Source: the human T2T-CHM13v2.0 reference genome, Homo sapiens
Direction: 5' to 3' (one strand)
NCBI RefSeq assembly: GCF_009914755.1
Contig: NC_060933.1
Length of the DNA: 64,000 nt
In this document: in pieces, positions 15,931 through 31,489 of the stretch
Position numbering within the stretch: the stretch's first letter is position 1
How the letters are laid out: each line of letters begins with the position of its first letter
Notes under the pieces: generated by a model
Seen by the model: the letters and a program-made list of their open reading frames with translations, nothing else
What the model was told of the DNA's origin: nothing
The model's database searches: none
Program-made: the position numbers and the translations under genes

Positions 15931-18002
15931 GGAGATACTCATTATTTTAATCTTCACAATGACCCTGTGAAGGAGATGTAGTGACTGCATTTTAAAGATG
16001 GGAATTTGAGAATACTGGTTCATGTCCCATGGATGAAAAGAGGCAGAGCCATGTCTGAGACTCAGGCAACTTCCCAGCCTCAACTCTTTCAGGAAGCCCT
16101 CCCACATTTAGCTGCTGTTTATTGTGTCTTTCTTCTCCCAAAGCTGGGATAATCTGAAACGCTCAGTTCAATAACTTTGTCTTCCAAAATCTTCTAACAT
16201 CTGAAACAGTCTGAACTGCAGTGCAGGGCCCTTAACCAGTGCTGATCTAGTTGCTTCTGAGCACTCCTCTTAAATCTCTACTTAGAGATTGAAAAAGTGA
16301 GACTCAGAGACCAGCAGGGACTTGGCCAAGGTCACACAGAAACGTGGTGGCAAAGCCAGGACTGAAAATCACTGTTCCTGTCACACACAGATAGCCCCAA
16401 AGACTCAACTTCCTTCTGAGTACTTCAAAGATGGTAAAGTTGAATGTCTTTATCAAAGCCCACATGCCTCGAGATTTGGAAAACACAGCTCAGCTCCTAT
16501 TTTTCAGATAGACCTGAAATGGTTACAGTGAATTCATATGGAGTCCCAAATGCTATTAGATGACCATTCTCAACTAGCACAGGGAACTGCCTTTCCTGGT
16601 ACTTTTATCTCTTTCTTCCCCTACCTCCTTGAACTTCATCATCTCTTCTGTGTCACCGCTGGGCTGGCTCACACACCCCTGGGCAGACTGCAGGGAACTG
16701 CTGAGTCATTGCCTTTGCTAAAGAGGAGCTGAAATGGTGATGGCAGAGGAATAGGAGAGGACTGGGATGTTACAGGTCCAGGCAGGCCTGGGGGTGTAGG
16801 GAAGAAAGAACCCATCAGCCCAGCCAAAGGGGACAACAGAACCATTCTAGTGTCACAGTTAGACCCTAAAGGAGAGAAACAGGAAAGGGGAGTGGCACTG
16901 GACATGGGGGAGGTAAACAGGGTGCAAAGGAACCTGAAGCTGGAAGCCAGGTATATCCCAATAACAGGAGATTCTCAGAAATATGCCCCATGTCCCATTC
17001 ACACACAAGTAAGAAGAGATCTCAGAGAAGATCCACCCGTCCACTCTCCCATGTTTCAGATTGAAAAACAGAGATCTGGATAACAAAAGAGACTTTACTA
17101 AGGTCACACAGTGAGTTGGTAGCAGATCTGAGACTCCCTTCCTGTCCCCATAGTAAATCCAATGGTCCTTCTCAGCAACTTCACTCTGCCACAATTTCTC
17201 TCCCTCCCTATCTCCACCTAAATGCCTTGCAGGTTTCAAGTAATTTTAATCTTTAGAACAACTCTCTATGCTTTCATCTTAATATCCTCATTTTACAACT
17301 TAGGGAATTGATGCACAGAGACGTTAAGTTCCATGATTAATATGACATTGCCAGTAAGTGGGGGGGCTGGGATTTGAACCCACGTAACCCACCACCAGAA
17401 TCCATGCTTTTAGTACTATGCTCTGTTGCTCTTATATCACCAAGGGCTCCTGGACCTCCCTTGGCTCACCTCTGTCCTGTGCCTTTTTCCCATTAAGTCA
17501 GTGAATGCTGAAGGCACCCTAACTCCTGCCCAAACTATATGAAACAGAAAAAAACAGATCACAGCCCTTTCATGAAGAATTGCGGGACTTGCAGACTGAG
17601 ACATTGGGTTCTAAGTTCATTTGCCTAGAACAAAGATGTTGCAGAACCAAATTCACTCTCTGTATTCAACAACAAAAAATTATAGCAGCTGCGGCAGCAA
17701 CAACAACAACCTAACAACATCAAACACAGTATTAAGAAAGCTCTCCCTGTGATCCTGCAAAAAGCGTAGGGTAATTTATGCTCACTGAATCTAAGCATTC
17801 AATTCCTTCCATATTCTCTCAGTTCCCTTCCTTGTTGTCTCCTTTTCTTTTAGCATTTATCACCATCTAATAGATTTGTATTTTGATATAATACAAACCC
17901 CACAAGAGCAGGAATTTTAAATTGTTGTTTGGTTTGTGTCCCCACTGCCTAGAAGAGTGGCAGGCATGTAGTTGGTGCAGAACAAATATTTGTGGTATGT
18001 AT

Positions 18003-18210
18003 CAAAGGAAGAAAGAAAGGAGGGAGAGAGGGAGGGAGGGAGGGACTAAGGGAGGGAGGGAGGGAGAAAGGGAGGAAGGGAGGAAGGGAGGGAGGGAGGA
18101 GAGGAGAGGAGAGGAGAGGAGAGGAGAGGAAAGGAAAGAGGGAAGAAGGGAGGGAGAGAGGGAGACAGGGAGGAAAGAATGAAGGGATGGAAGGAGAGAG
18201 AAAGAAAGGA
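18003..18210. repeat. Polypurine (GGAG/GAGGA/GGAA)n tract following an L2 3' end
   Basis: About 200 bp almost purely A/G on the + strand. Confidence 0.9.
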
Positions 18211-19955
18211 GTTGCTGGGTTAAATCATTCATCTCGAGGCCTGTAGCTTGCTTTTGCTTTTCTAAGTTGAACTCCAATTTATAGGGGACATGCTCAGTGA
18301 TGAATGTTTTTCCAATTATCTATAAATAGCCCAGGCCTGCTGAGGGGACCCATTGACTTCCCCAGCCCTAATTCTGACTGCTGGATTGTGTGAGGGAGAA
18401 GACCAGTCAAGAATCATCAATCGTCAACTTCTAAATCTCCAATGCAGGTTCCCGGAAGCTGAGGATTGCTTCTCAGTTTTCTGGCTAAGATCAAGTGGAG
18501 AAAGCTGAGGAGCAGGAAGGAGGGAGAGGCAGATCCCATTTTTCCAATGGCTACAGAGGCTGCAAACCCTTCCCATGTAATGTGTCAATGGAAACACTCC
18601 TCCCACGTGGGGCTTTTCAGGGAAAGATGCCAGAGGTGAGGAGATAGGAAAAACAACAGTGAGAACTGAACTGACATTAATAATGTCTGACTTATTTTGC
18701 TTTTAGCATACACCAGACACCATAAATTTTTTACATAGCTTAACCAAAATTCATCCACAACCCCATGAGGCAGTTACAAGGTACAGCTTGTAGATGAAAA
18801 ACTGAGGCTTACAGAAGGCAAATAACTTGCCTAAGAGCCAAAGGAGCACACAGAAGTTATGGGGATCTGTGCTTTTGCAGTGTCCACTGTGCATGGATAG
18901 AATGCATGCAGCATGGTTTGTGAGAAAAGTTCCTCCTCCTCCTTCTCCCTACCCCAGCTACTTCTCAGCACACCTCTTTGTGGAGGTAGGAGAGAAGGAC
19001 CAGTTTCCCTGCCACATGACCTGGACTTGTCACAGGACCTTCTTTTCAGTGGGTGGGTAAAGCCCATGGATGGATCTGCCCTTTATCACTGGCATGGAAT
19101 CCATGTTTGTACCCCAGGAGAGTCTCTTCCAAGAATCCAGTCTCAAACTGGCTGCTTTCCCATCCTTATAGACAATCCAAGATGAAGAATCACATTCACA
19201 GGCAATTGCCTGAAATATGCTGTTTTCCTTTCAGAGCACGTTGAATCATCAGGGAACGATGGATCTTGGCCACAGGTTTTAGACCTTTGTGGAGTCCTGC
19301 TTCAGCATTTGGCCATCCCCCTACATTGAGTGCCATTGTGAGAAATAATTATCCAATACTGAATTTTATCTGTTGAAGAAACTGCCTAGAAAGGCACACG
19401 GTATCTTATTTATACATACCAAGTTGAGGACTTTACCTCTGGTCTGGTAAGTAAAATTTCCTGAACAAATGCTTGATTCTTTCCCATTAACCCTGTACAT
19501 TTTATTTCTGAGTATGTTTCCCTTCACACTTTGGCTGCCGGGAATTTCTTACTTAAATTGCCAGCCTCTTCTAAGAACTACAAAACAGTATGGCAGGGAT
19601 TATTCTGCATCAACCCAACCTGGGTTTGAATAATTTTCCTTATTCTTATTTTCATATTAATATGATTAGTTATTTCATTTCCTCTTTTGAAGTTTTAAAA
19701 ATCTGCATAAACCAAAAACAATTCACAGTATTTTTTGAAGAATAAGGTGGGACAGAAAGCAAATAAAGAATAAGCCAGGAAAAGCATTATACTGAAGGTC
19801 ACCCATATAGCCAGGGCAACAGATACTAAGCTCAGTTTTAACCAGATGGGGACCAGGTTAGAGAAGATTTAGGATTTGCTAGTGAACACAAAATCTGATT
19901 TCCAGGATTTCCTTCTACAAACTCTGGTTCTGGAACCTTCCAAGGACACTATTAC

Positions 19956-20063
19956 CTTTGCTGCGGCGGCGACTGCGGTACTGCTCCGTGTAGAATGTCA
20001 GCTGAGTTTCATCGTCTGCCTCTGAGCCCGACGTCCCCTTGGCTCTCCCAAAGCTGATTCCTC
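19956..20063 (-). CDS. ASTN2: ASTN2 internal coding exon (108 nt, phase 1-1, probably exon 5), end of the cytoplasmic loop before the second TM helix
   Basis: Minus strand reads ...cttactcacag|GAGGAATCAGC...CGCAGCAAAG|gtaata, translating to GGISFGRAKGTSGSEADDETQLTFYTEQYRSRRRSKG (inside ORF 19915..20127). Canonical AG/GT ends, branch point GACTAAC at 20087-20093, and local CpG retention typical of coding sequence. Confidence 0.95.
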
Positions 20064-20189
20064 CTGTGAGTAAGCACAGTCTATCAGTTAGTCTCCCAGG
20101 CCTCCAGAAGTTTGTGAGATTCCTCAACCATCCCAGAGATCAGCAATCCCATCCCCAGACTTTTCTCTGTAAATCCCAAGCAACCCAGG

Positions 20190-20440
20190 AGTCAGTGTGA
20201 TAAATGGAAGGAGTTCATGCTCTGCAGTGAAGCAGATCTTGGGTCCAAGCATGACTCAGCAGCTTCTGAGCTGTGTGACCTTGAAGAGAAAACACACCTT
20301 TCTGAGCCCTGGGTTCTGTCTCTCTAAAATAGGGATAAAATTATTCACCTTGTGAGATTGCCTTGAAGATTAAAGGAGATGTAATATATAAAATACCTGG
20401 TCCGCAGTACATCCTAAACAACTGATAGCTATTGTTGCTT
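20190..20440 (+). mobile_element. MIR SINE about 130 bp upstream of the ASTN2 acceptor
   Basis: agctgtgtgaccttg...tctgagccc...taaaataggga...gaagattaaa. Confidence 0.7.
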
Positions 20441-20479
20441 TTGGTGATAAGCAAACACTCTAGAAAACACTCTAGACAA

Positions 20480-21140
20480 CTTAATTTTAACCACATTTCA
20501 ATAAAGTGCAAGACGCTGGAGATACAAAGATAAATAGGACTCAGTCTTTGCCAGGCACGGGATCATAAGCTAGTCAGCAGGACAAATGGAATCCTAAGGA
20601 AGCTTAAACCTAATTCATGGCTTCTGTTTACCACTCAATGAGGTGCTAGGAATATGGGGGAGTGCAATTCATTTCAACACGGAGGGCCTGAGAAGGTTTT
20701 ATGCAGGAGCGAAGATTTAAGTCAGGTCTTGAAGGATGGATGGGCCTGCACTGATAGAAAAAGGACTTCCAGCAGAGGTACCAGCTTGAGCACCCTCAGG
20801 AATGGGCCATGTGGGCAGTCAGGGGCAACATTAAGTGGAGAAATGACTGGGAAGACACACAGGGGGAGGCCTTGGGTGCCAAACGGAGGATAGGGAGCTT
20901 TACTTTTGGTTTCATGGAAGGTTCTGGAGCAAGAGTATGAATTGGCCAGCCATGGTATATACAAGGAAGAACACTCCAGTGGTACCTAGGCTGCAGGATG
21001 GGTGCCAGGCAGGGTAAGCAGCCAGGAGGCTCAGTGACCACCTAGGTGAATGGAGGTCAGGGCTTGCATGAGGGCCTGTGCAGCGAGGATGGGAGGAGGA
21101 GATGAGTGCAAAGGGTGCTTCAGAGACAAACTCAGAGGAG
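20480..21140 (-). mobile_element. L2 fragment
   Basis: gctggagatacaaagataaatagga; gtcaggtcttgaaggatgg. Confidence 0.5.
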
Positions 21141-22737
21141 TGTGGAGGGAAAAGGGTAATGCATTCATATGCTGTGAACAGCTGATTGTAGAAAGGATAA
21201 AAAAGAAGGCTAAAAGCAATTATGCCACAATACTAATAGCCATTAATTCCAAAGAGAGAAATATGGGTATGTTTTATTGTTATCTTTGTGCTTTCTGCTT
21301 TTTTAATTGCCTAAAGGATTAGTAAATTATTTACTCTAGAGAAGAAATAACCAGGAGAGAGAGCCTCTGAGGATGTTGGGGGTGAGTAGATGGGCACGGG
21401 AGAATAAGGACTTTGGTATTTAAAATTGTTTCATTGATGGGGCTTCAGACATCTACAGCAATAGACTTTCTGGGAGGAGACTTAAGAATCTGGTAAAAAT
21501 GGTTGTCCTGGATGGAGAATTAAGTGCCTGAAAGATGGGAACAGAGGGAGGCTACTTTTCTCTATAAACTCTTTGCATCTTTTCAATCAAGCACCATGCA
21601 AACCTATTACCTATTCAAAAATTTCAACTAAGGAAAAGAAAAACATACATTAAAGGGAAATGTTATTCAATGCACGAAAGGATTTATTATGTAATTTCCT
21701 CAGGTAGGGTATTTGAAATGGCATTCAGTATACAGAAATTCTACTTGCAGACACTTTTTCTGCAATATGGTTATTACACATTCATTCTTTCTAGCAACAT
21801 TGTTGCACAATCTGCTATGTACCTAGAAGATTTGTAGACATTATTGCTGACAATCCTCATCATGATATACTCATAAGAGTGGTGTAATTAACAAACTAGA
21901 TAATAAAGCAAAGATGCAAAGACATGCTTAGACATGCAAAGTTACTTGCATAGTCACACAGCAGATGACTAGGAGAGTTAAGCTTCGAGGCTAGTCTGTC
22001 CAACTCCAAATTTGGTCTCTCTGTAATATACACATTGCTTTCCTTAAAACCACTCATGAGCGAACCCTGAAAGAGCAGATCATCCTTCGAGTGTCAAGAT
22101 GCTAAGTACAGCATTCAGAGCTTTGTATACAACATCTCATTCCGAATTCATACTACCCTTAGGAGAGAGGCATCATTGTGCCTACTTTACAGATGAGGCA
22201 AGTGATGCTCAGAAAAGAAAAATGATTTGCTAATAATGAGTGAAGGTGGACTTCGAAACCAGGTGGAACTAATGCCCAAGCTCAAATTTCTAGCCACTTA
22301 TGATGCTGCCTCTCAGTTTAAGGCTCTGTAAAATTGAAAGATTAATATCTGCCTCCCCACACCCATCCTTCCTTAAGACGGTATGTTCTAATGAGTGGGA
22401 AAGTACAAAGGATGACAACATTTGATCTTTGTCCCAAAATGTGTCATCAGGCAAGGTCTGTCCCGGAGCCTTAGTGCACACTTCCCCAATCCCCAGCAAC
22501 TAAAAGCAGGGCCTGGAGACATCAGGAGACTTCAGATTTCAGATTCTGCCAGATGCAGTTCTCCATTTAAAGGCTTAGCTTTGAAGTGGAATTGGCAGGG
22601 ACCTCATGGAGATTTTGGAAGTGACTGGAGAGCAGAGGTCCCCAGAAGCCAGTAGGGCTTTTAAAATTGCCATTAAAATATTTTACTGTTAAAAAAAAAA
22701 AAAAGAAGAAGAAAGAACAAAGAAAAGAAGGGAGAAG

Positions 22738-23059
<322 letters not shown>

Positions 23060-24249
23060 CTATACATAATTCTTGGCCAAAGAAAAAATGAAGGCATCTG
23101 ATAAAGTCATTCTCTTATGTTCAGAAAACATCTGCCATACTCTCTGCTATGTCTGGAGCCACAGAGCAAAAAGGAGGGTCTATCCCTGTTAGGAGGCCAC
23201 CCAAGACTCTTCCCACAGCCCCTTGGATGCCATAGCCACACTTTGAAACATTTCAGCAAAATTCTCACTCCCTTCCTTCCTTCCAATCTCCACTTTATCT
23301 TCCCTCCCATCCTAAACACATGACCTGTTATGGCCCTACCATGGTGAACAAATCTGGCTTACAGGAATCAGACTTTATTCTTTCCCTACTGGAGCAAGAT
23401 AGACAGAGTGACAGAAAAGTCACCAGGAAATTCTAATGTAAGAAAAGCGAACACTTGCATAGCGCAGTATCTCTTCCAGGCACTATTCTAAAGCCTTTAC
23501 ATGGGTTGACTCATTTCATATTTACAAGAACCCTAGGAGATAGGTTACTACATTTATTCCCATTTCAGTTGGTGAGAAAATGAAGGCACGTAGAAATTAA
23601 ATATTTTGTCCAGGGTCACAGCTTGTAAGTAGCAGAACCACGATTCAAATTCAGACAGTGGCGGGTAAATCTATTCCTTTTTTACAATGCTGGTTTATAA
23701 TAAAATATGAACAAATACTTTGTTTAATATCCACAGCCATCCCTATAAGGACTGTATCATGAGTTTTGGTTTCATAGATGAATAACTGTCTCAGAGAGGT
23801 GATACGAGGTAGTAAGTGGGAGAAATGGGATTGAAATTTGGTCTGTCTACCTGCAAAGCTTGCTTCGTACCTAATACAACCAGGGAAAGTGTGTGTGTCT
23901 GTGCCTATGTGTGCACACACACATGCATGCATATGGATGTAGAGGGCTGGCAAATGCTTGATATGTTGACCACTAAGGATTAGCAGTTCTCTTAATTGAC
24001 TCCAACACCTGGACCTGTTTTCTTGTAGGAACTCTAATCAGGCTTAGCAAGATCTTTGTGACTCTCCCATCTTTCCACATGTCCAGGCACAGTGACCACA
24101 CCCCTATAACTACCATAAGGGTTTCCATAAAGGCTTTCCCTTCTGGTCAAGCCTCCATTTCCAAACTCTTCTGACCTTTATTCCCTTCTTGTAAGTACTA
24201 AAGTACCATGTGTTCAGAGTGAAAACTGAGGCTCAGAAACAATGTCTAT

Positions 24250-24546
24250 AAACCAGATTCAATAGAAATATAATGCAAACCACATATGCCATTTTAAATG
24301 TTTCAGTAGCCCCATTAAAAGGGTAAACATAAAAGTTCAAATGAATTTCCAGAATATGTTGCATTTCACTCAGTATATTAAAATATTATCATGTTAACAT
24401 GAAATTAACATAAAGTTATTACCGAAGTATTTTATATATTTTTCATAAGTCTTCAAAACCCAGTATGCATTTTGTGCTTACAGCACATCACAATACAGAC
24501 AAGCCACATTTCAGGTGCTCACCATATTGGAGAACACAGTTCTAGA
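24250..24546. mobile_element. MER33-type hAT transposon
   Basis: caatagaaatataatgcaaaccacata...agccacatttcaggtgctca...atattggagaacacag. Confidence 0.7.
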
Positions 24547-25704
24547 CATATTTGTACAACAAATATTACTGAGCAAATTAAGGGCAAGGATCTGAGTACA
24601 AGATGAAGATGAATAAGCCACGACCTCCACTAAAATGTTCAATCTTAAAAAACAATTTGGATTTTTGACCTGGATGAAAAAATGGCACAGCTGGGATTCT
24701 GTTAAACAACAGTATCTATGGTCCCTACTCTCAAGGCACTTGGAGTCTAGTTAGTTTCTATATTTGTTTATCCATGAGCCAAGGGAAGTAATGGACTTCA
24801 GTAGAAATAAATTAAGTTATTGGAGTCAGACATGAGTTCTAGTTCTTTGATTCACTTATTAGCATATGGCCTTGGACAGGGCATTTGATCTCTCTGATCT
24901 CATCTTTAAAAGGGGTACAAGAACTCAGCTCAATGGTTATTATTGGGAAAAGAGTATGCTGCATGTAAACATTCTGCACAAAGACCAAGAAGTGAGAGTC
25001 AGGGCACATTCCTCAATTACTTGATGCTTGTCTGTGTTTAACAGAATGAAAGGGAGGAAGTGCTGCTGGTTTGAGGTGCCCCCTGACTCTCCTGCCTGCT
25101 GTGACATCCTGGGGAGGTGGCAGCCACCCAAGGCATACAGCCTCTGAGTATCCATATAATCTGAAGGGGCCACAGGCCAATTACAGTCTGACTTGGAGGT
25201 GATTCAGATGGCTAGAAAAGGGCCCCCTCTGTTAGCATTTTAATATAAAATTGGTGATTTAGTGCAATAAAATGCAGCCATTAGTTACACAGGGCTGCTC
25301 CCGTACTTCCATTTAGGGGCTGAGAGAAAGTGAGAATGGTTAGAGACTGGCAAGAAAAAAGAAGAGGTAATCTATCTGCTGGAACCAGCAGCCTTTCTAT
25401 CCTTGCTGCTTGGGCCCTTGGTTCTTCTGGTACCACAGAGCCTGAGGTGGAGCCATTAAGAAGGTGAGCTAAACACATGCCACAGTGTGATAAGTACTGC
25501 CCCAGGTACCTTACATGCAATATCCCTCCTACACCTCACAAGGGGTCTGAGATGTAGGAGTTAATCCCATTTTATTGGTGGACAAATAAATATTCAGAAT
25601 CTCACTGTTGCTTAATCAAAATTACACAAATGGCAGAGCCCAAATTTGAATCTGATGTATGTCTGATTCAAAAATGCTCTGTTCTCATAAAAACATGCTT
25701 ACTG

Positions 25705-26780
<1,076 letters not shown>

Positions 26781-28956
26781 AAAAAAGAAACCAACTTTTT
26801 TTTTTTGTAATATCACTAAATTAGTGATAGAACCATAAATGGGGAATGTGAGAGCTGTGAGAGAGACAGGGAGAGGGAAAGTTGGGGCACAGAGTGGAAG
26901 AATTACATAGCCACCTTGAAAGAATCAAGAGCTCAGACCTCTGGAGTCCTAGCCCAGTGTGTGGGGATGCAGAAGGTGACCATTCAGTTTGTCCTAGACC
27001 ACATGTTCACCTAAAATCATCACAATACTCACTCATTTGTTTATGCATTCTTTAAACAATCATTTACTCAGGGCCCATGCTGTCCCAAACACTGTCTAGG
27101 TACTGAAGATAAAGCCTCAATAAAACAGACAAAAATTACTGATTTATTGGAGTTTGCTTTCTAGTAGGAAAGCATTTTAGATATTCTTGGCATACCATTC
27201 TAGGGCTTAGCAAAGCCTTCTACATGAGAATTCTTACCTCAATTTTGCTGCTAAATAAATGAAGATATTCAGAGATATTTAAAGCCTTCCCCTAGATGGC
27301 ATAGATATTTGGTGGTAAACTAGGAATTTGACCCCAGGTGTGCTCTGGGGCTAATCAGGGCATCTGAACAACATGAAAGTCATGTTATGGAAAAGTATGG
27401 AGCAAGATGATACAAGGTCTTTCCTGGGCCTATGAGAGTTAACTCACTGCTCTTCTTTTGCAATCTACCTTCTATTCTTGGGCTGCCCTGTCCACAGACC
27501 TGCTCTGCCAGCCTCGACAGGCCCAGCCCTCCACACTCCATCTCCTGCTCTTGCTATCATGATGGATGGTGGTGACATGTTAAATTATTCAGGCTCCGTG
27601 TCTTCCTCAAGCTGGTGACAGTGATATTGCATTTTTAGATTACCCAGAACTGTGCCAGATAAAGAAATATGTGGTTCAGGAATGGAAAAACCCATCTGAC
27701 CCCCAACCATCTAGGGAATACAAATGGTCCCAGTCATAGAAAAAGGACAGAAGTGGGTAAACTTCCCACACCCCCTATACCACACAACTCACAATTGCTC
27801 TGAGCTCTAGAGCTAAACCACAAATGTTCATACACATTCACTTCTCGGAGATGTTTTGACCACAACTGCTACCTGCCATCAGGCACCTGCTATAGGCCAG
27901 GCACTTTACACAGAGGTTACTATGCTATTCCTCCAAATGTGGCCAGGAGAGGTGGAGCTCCTTACTTGTGGTCACCCATCCAGCTAAGTGGAAGGATATG
28001 GATTCAAACCCTGGTTTGTCTGATCCCCCAGGGAAGAAATTTCTGCGGCATTCTTGGGATTCATGCTGAATTTTTAAAATGGATTTTTATGGTGAAAACC
28101 TATATATGATAAAATATAGCTAAACCTGATTGTTTATAATTTCAGGGAAAGAATAAGAAATAACTGAGAGGTCCATTTACAGAAGACTGATGAAAAAATC
28201 ATAGCATATAGTCTTTCATAAGACCATTGAAAACAGTGACATAGATCTAAATTATAGACATACAAACCTCTCCATGACATACTTTTGGGTAAAAAAATAT
28301 GCAGAGAAGAATACAAAGAGGGACTCCACTTGTGTAAATTTATATATGCTTGCTCATATTTGGTATGAATGCCATTCTGTGTATGTAATAAAAATAAAGA
28401 AGAAAAAAGTAAAAAGTCATTCTGAGATGGCATGATCTACGGTTATGAACAAAGTTTTAAGAAGCATATAATAAAACATATTTTAAAAACAACAGTATTC
28501 TGTTTTTAAAGTGCACACATAAAATATATGTAAATACACACATGCAAAAACATATTGAAGGAAACATATTAAGGTGTTACGGTGGTTTTTCTCTGGATGA
28601 TAAGATTTAGGTGTGCTTTAAAACATTTCTTATTGTTGCTCCTACGCATTTAAAAATTCTCCTCCAATGAACTTCTAATGCTTGCTAATAAACAAAGATA
28701 CCTAATAAAAGCTTTGCTTATTTTTTTAATAAGTACTCTTTATTGCTGCAGTTTAAACCCATTACTCACTTGACCTTTAACGTAATATGGCCATCTCAGA
28801 GGGGGATCATTCCATCACCCAAGAAAGGAAATGACCCAATTTATCCCTGAATTTTGGCTTAAATAACTACTTACGAGGGAGAAGCTCACCAATCTAGCTT
28901 AACTCACTCTTCCAGGGAAGTAACGCTTTGTCTTCTTGAACATCCCACTCCTCCCT

Positions 28957-29562
28957 GTGGGATGGTATATTTTCCAAATGGGGCCATAACAAAATCTCCC
29001 ATCCTGCCTTATCTTTTGCAATGAGACCTTCGCCACACCCCCATCAAAGGCAGAGTCTCATTTCCCTGCCCCCAAATCTAGGCTGGCCTTAGGAACGTAA
29101 CTCTAATCTACAGAATGCAGAGGAAGTGACTCTGCAGGATTTCTAGAGATAGAACCTGAAAAGCAATAAAGCTTTTGTCTGGCTTTCTAAAAACACTGGT
29201 TCTCTAGATGTTTCCTCTTAGGAAAACTGCCACGGTGCTGTGAGATTCTTAGCCACATAGAAAGGCTATGTGTAAGTGGTTGAGTCAAGAGTCTCAGCTA
29301 AGCCCAGCATTTAAGACATCCCACCCCATCCCAGGTGGCAAAAACATGAGAGAACCTTCTAGTTGATTCTACCCTCTGCCATCTGTTACCCGTGGATGTT
29401 TTGAGTTTTCCAAGCTGAAGTCCAGTCCTTGTGGAACTGAGATAATTCACCTTTCCTTTATCATTATGACTCCCTGACTCCTGGAATCCGTGAGTATAAG
29501 ATTGTTGGTTTAATGCACTAGCTTTGGGATGTTATATCATGCAACCATAGGTAAACAGAACA
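28957..29562 (+). mobile_element. MLT1 (G/H-type) solo LTR
   Basis: tgtgggatgg...gaatgcagaggaagtgac...atgcaaccataggtaaacagaaca. Confidence 0.7.
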
Positions 29563-30130
29563 CTCCCCTTTTCCAGTCCTACAAAAATCTCCACACTCTT
29601 TCCAAGTTATCACCATATGGCAGCCTGGGCAATGGGAAGATGAGCTGGTGTGGTGTCCAGAGACCCTGGTCCTAGGTCTGTCCTGTTCCTGACATACGGT
29701 GTGACTGAAAAATATATTATCATCTCACAGATATTGCATAACAGATAATACTTTTACTCTCTTCCCAAACACAGCAGCTCATTTGACATTCACAATAACT
29801 GGATGATGGGCATTGTTATTCCCACTTGAAAGATGAGGACACGGAGAGTCAGAGACACTACAGATGCCTTGGTCAAGGTCCCATAGCTCATAAATGGCAG
29901 AGCAGAGAGGAGAATATAGAACCAATTCTGGAAGCTACAGTAGAGTAAGGGGGCAGATTTGAGTATCTGAGGTTGGTCAGGTATTAAGTTCCGTGAAATT
30001 TCCACTTTCTAGATTCCGTCCAGACTTTTGAAATGGTAGAGTCAGACTGTTAGCTTCCCTTTATGATGGTCCTCAGTCATCTGAGGTTGCTTATGTGCCC
30101 ACTCACAATCTTTTCATCCAAGCTACATAT

Positions 30131-30410
30131 TTCTTTTCTTCTTTTTTTTTTCTTTTGAGACAGAATCTCATTCTGTAACCCAGGCTGGAGTGCAGTAGCG
30201 CAATCTCGGCTCACTGCAACCTCCGCCTCCCATTTTCAAGCTATTCTTGTGCCTCAGCCTCTTGAGTAGCTGTGATTTTTGTATTTTTAATAGAGACGGG
30301 ATTTTGCCGTGTTGGCCAGGGTAGTCTCAAACTCCTGGCCTCAAGTGATATCCACCCCCCTCAGCCTCCCAAAGTGCTGGGATTATAAACGTGAGCCACT
30401 GCACCCAGCC
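30131..30410 (-). mobile_element. Alu with an internal deletion of about 30 bp
   Basis: gagtagctgtg joined directly to atttttgtattttt; TSD aagctacatattt. Confidence 0.9.
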
Positions 30411-30682
30411 CAAGCTACATATTTTTATTAATTCCTTCAGCCATTCCTTATATGTTTAAAAATTATAATTTTTGAATTATAAAGTCAGTACATATTTATT
30501 GTAGAAATGTTTTCAAAAATAAGAAAGGCACAAAGAAGAAAATAATAATCAAGTCAAATTTTATTACTCCCAACTGACTTCTCTTACTTTGAGATTTTAA
30601 CAGTGCATTTATATGCATACGTTTTTACAACTAGGTTTCATTGTCTTGTTACTTGAGCATATCCTGTGAATTTTGTAAAAAA

Positions 30683-30724
30683 TATCTATCTATCTATCTA
30701 TCTGTCTATCTATCTATCTATCTA
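30683..30724. repeat. (TATC)n tetranucleotide STR with one TGTC interruption
   Basis: Read directly. Confidence 0.9.
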
Positions 30725-30999
30725 TATACCGATACATTTATTTATGCTAGGAATACATATTGGGGTTAAATTATATACCTGACAGCTTTTTCTATTATGT
30801 AATTTACATATGTCATATGTGTGTCTGTGCATGTGCACACATCTAGATTTATATGTACAAAATATTCATCTATACATGTATCTATACCTACATATACCCA
30901 AATGATACTGGTGATTTTCTCTGAATATTGAGATATTCTTCTTATCTTTTTTCCTTTTTGTGAGAAAATAAATATAGATTGCTTATGGAATTAAAGCTA

Positions 31000-31430
31000 A
31001 TTAAAATGTCATAAATATTATCATTCCATTAAGTATTCATCTTCAATATCACCTAATGCCTGAAAAGTTCTACTATTGACATAGTAGAATTACTATGTCA
31101 ATGTACTGCTTATTTAACCAATTTCTTATTGTTTAAATTTTACATTGTTTCCAGTTTTTCACTATTTTATCACACATTCTTACAGGTAAATATTTCTACA
31201 CATCCCTATGCATCCCCATGTAGAAATTTCTTGAGTGTTGAAAGAGAAATTGATGGGTCAAAGGGTTTCGACATAGTTAAGGTTTTTTGATCTATATTGT
31301 CAAGACACCCTCCCGAAAGGATATACCAATTTTATCCCAATCAGCTGTATATGAGTGACTATTTCACTGTATCTTCTGTAACACTGGGTATTACATCATT
31401 GTTTTCAAATCTTAGTAATTTTGATATGCA
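31000..31430 (-). mobile_element. Old L1M fragment
   Basis: ttatttaaccaattt...cattgtttccagttttt...gatgggtcaaaggg. Confidence 0.6.
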
Positions 31431-31489
31431 TCCGATATTTCAAATTCATTCTGCCGTATCCTTTTTAAAATAGTTCAATTTTCTCACAT

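Noticed and set aside
17665-17722. CAG/CAA-rich stretch resembling polyQ
   Set aside because: Short, interrupted, antisense to the gene and not in any supported exon.
19915-20127. 70-aa ORF as a standalone gene
   Set aside because: Only 19956-20063 is ASTN2 coding sequence; the flanks are intronic read-through past canonical splice sites.
25070-25090. CTCF-like AGGGGGCAC on the minus strand
   Set aside because: The 5' half of the motif (CCASYAG) is not matched.
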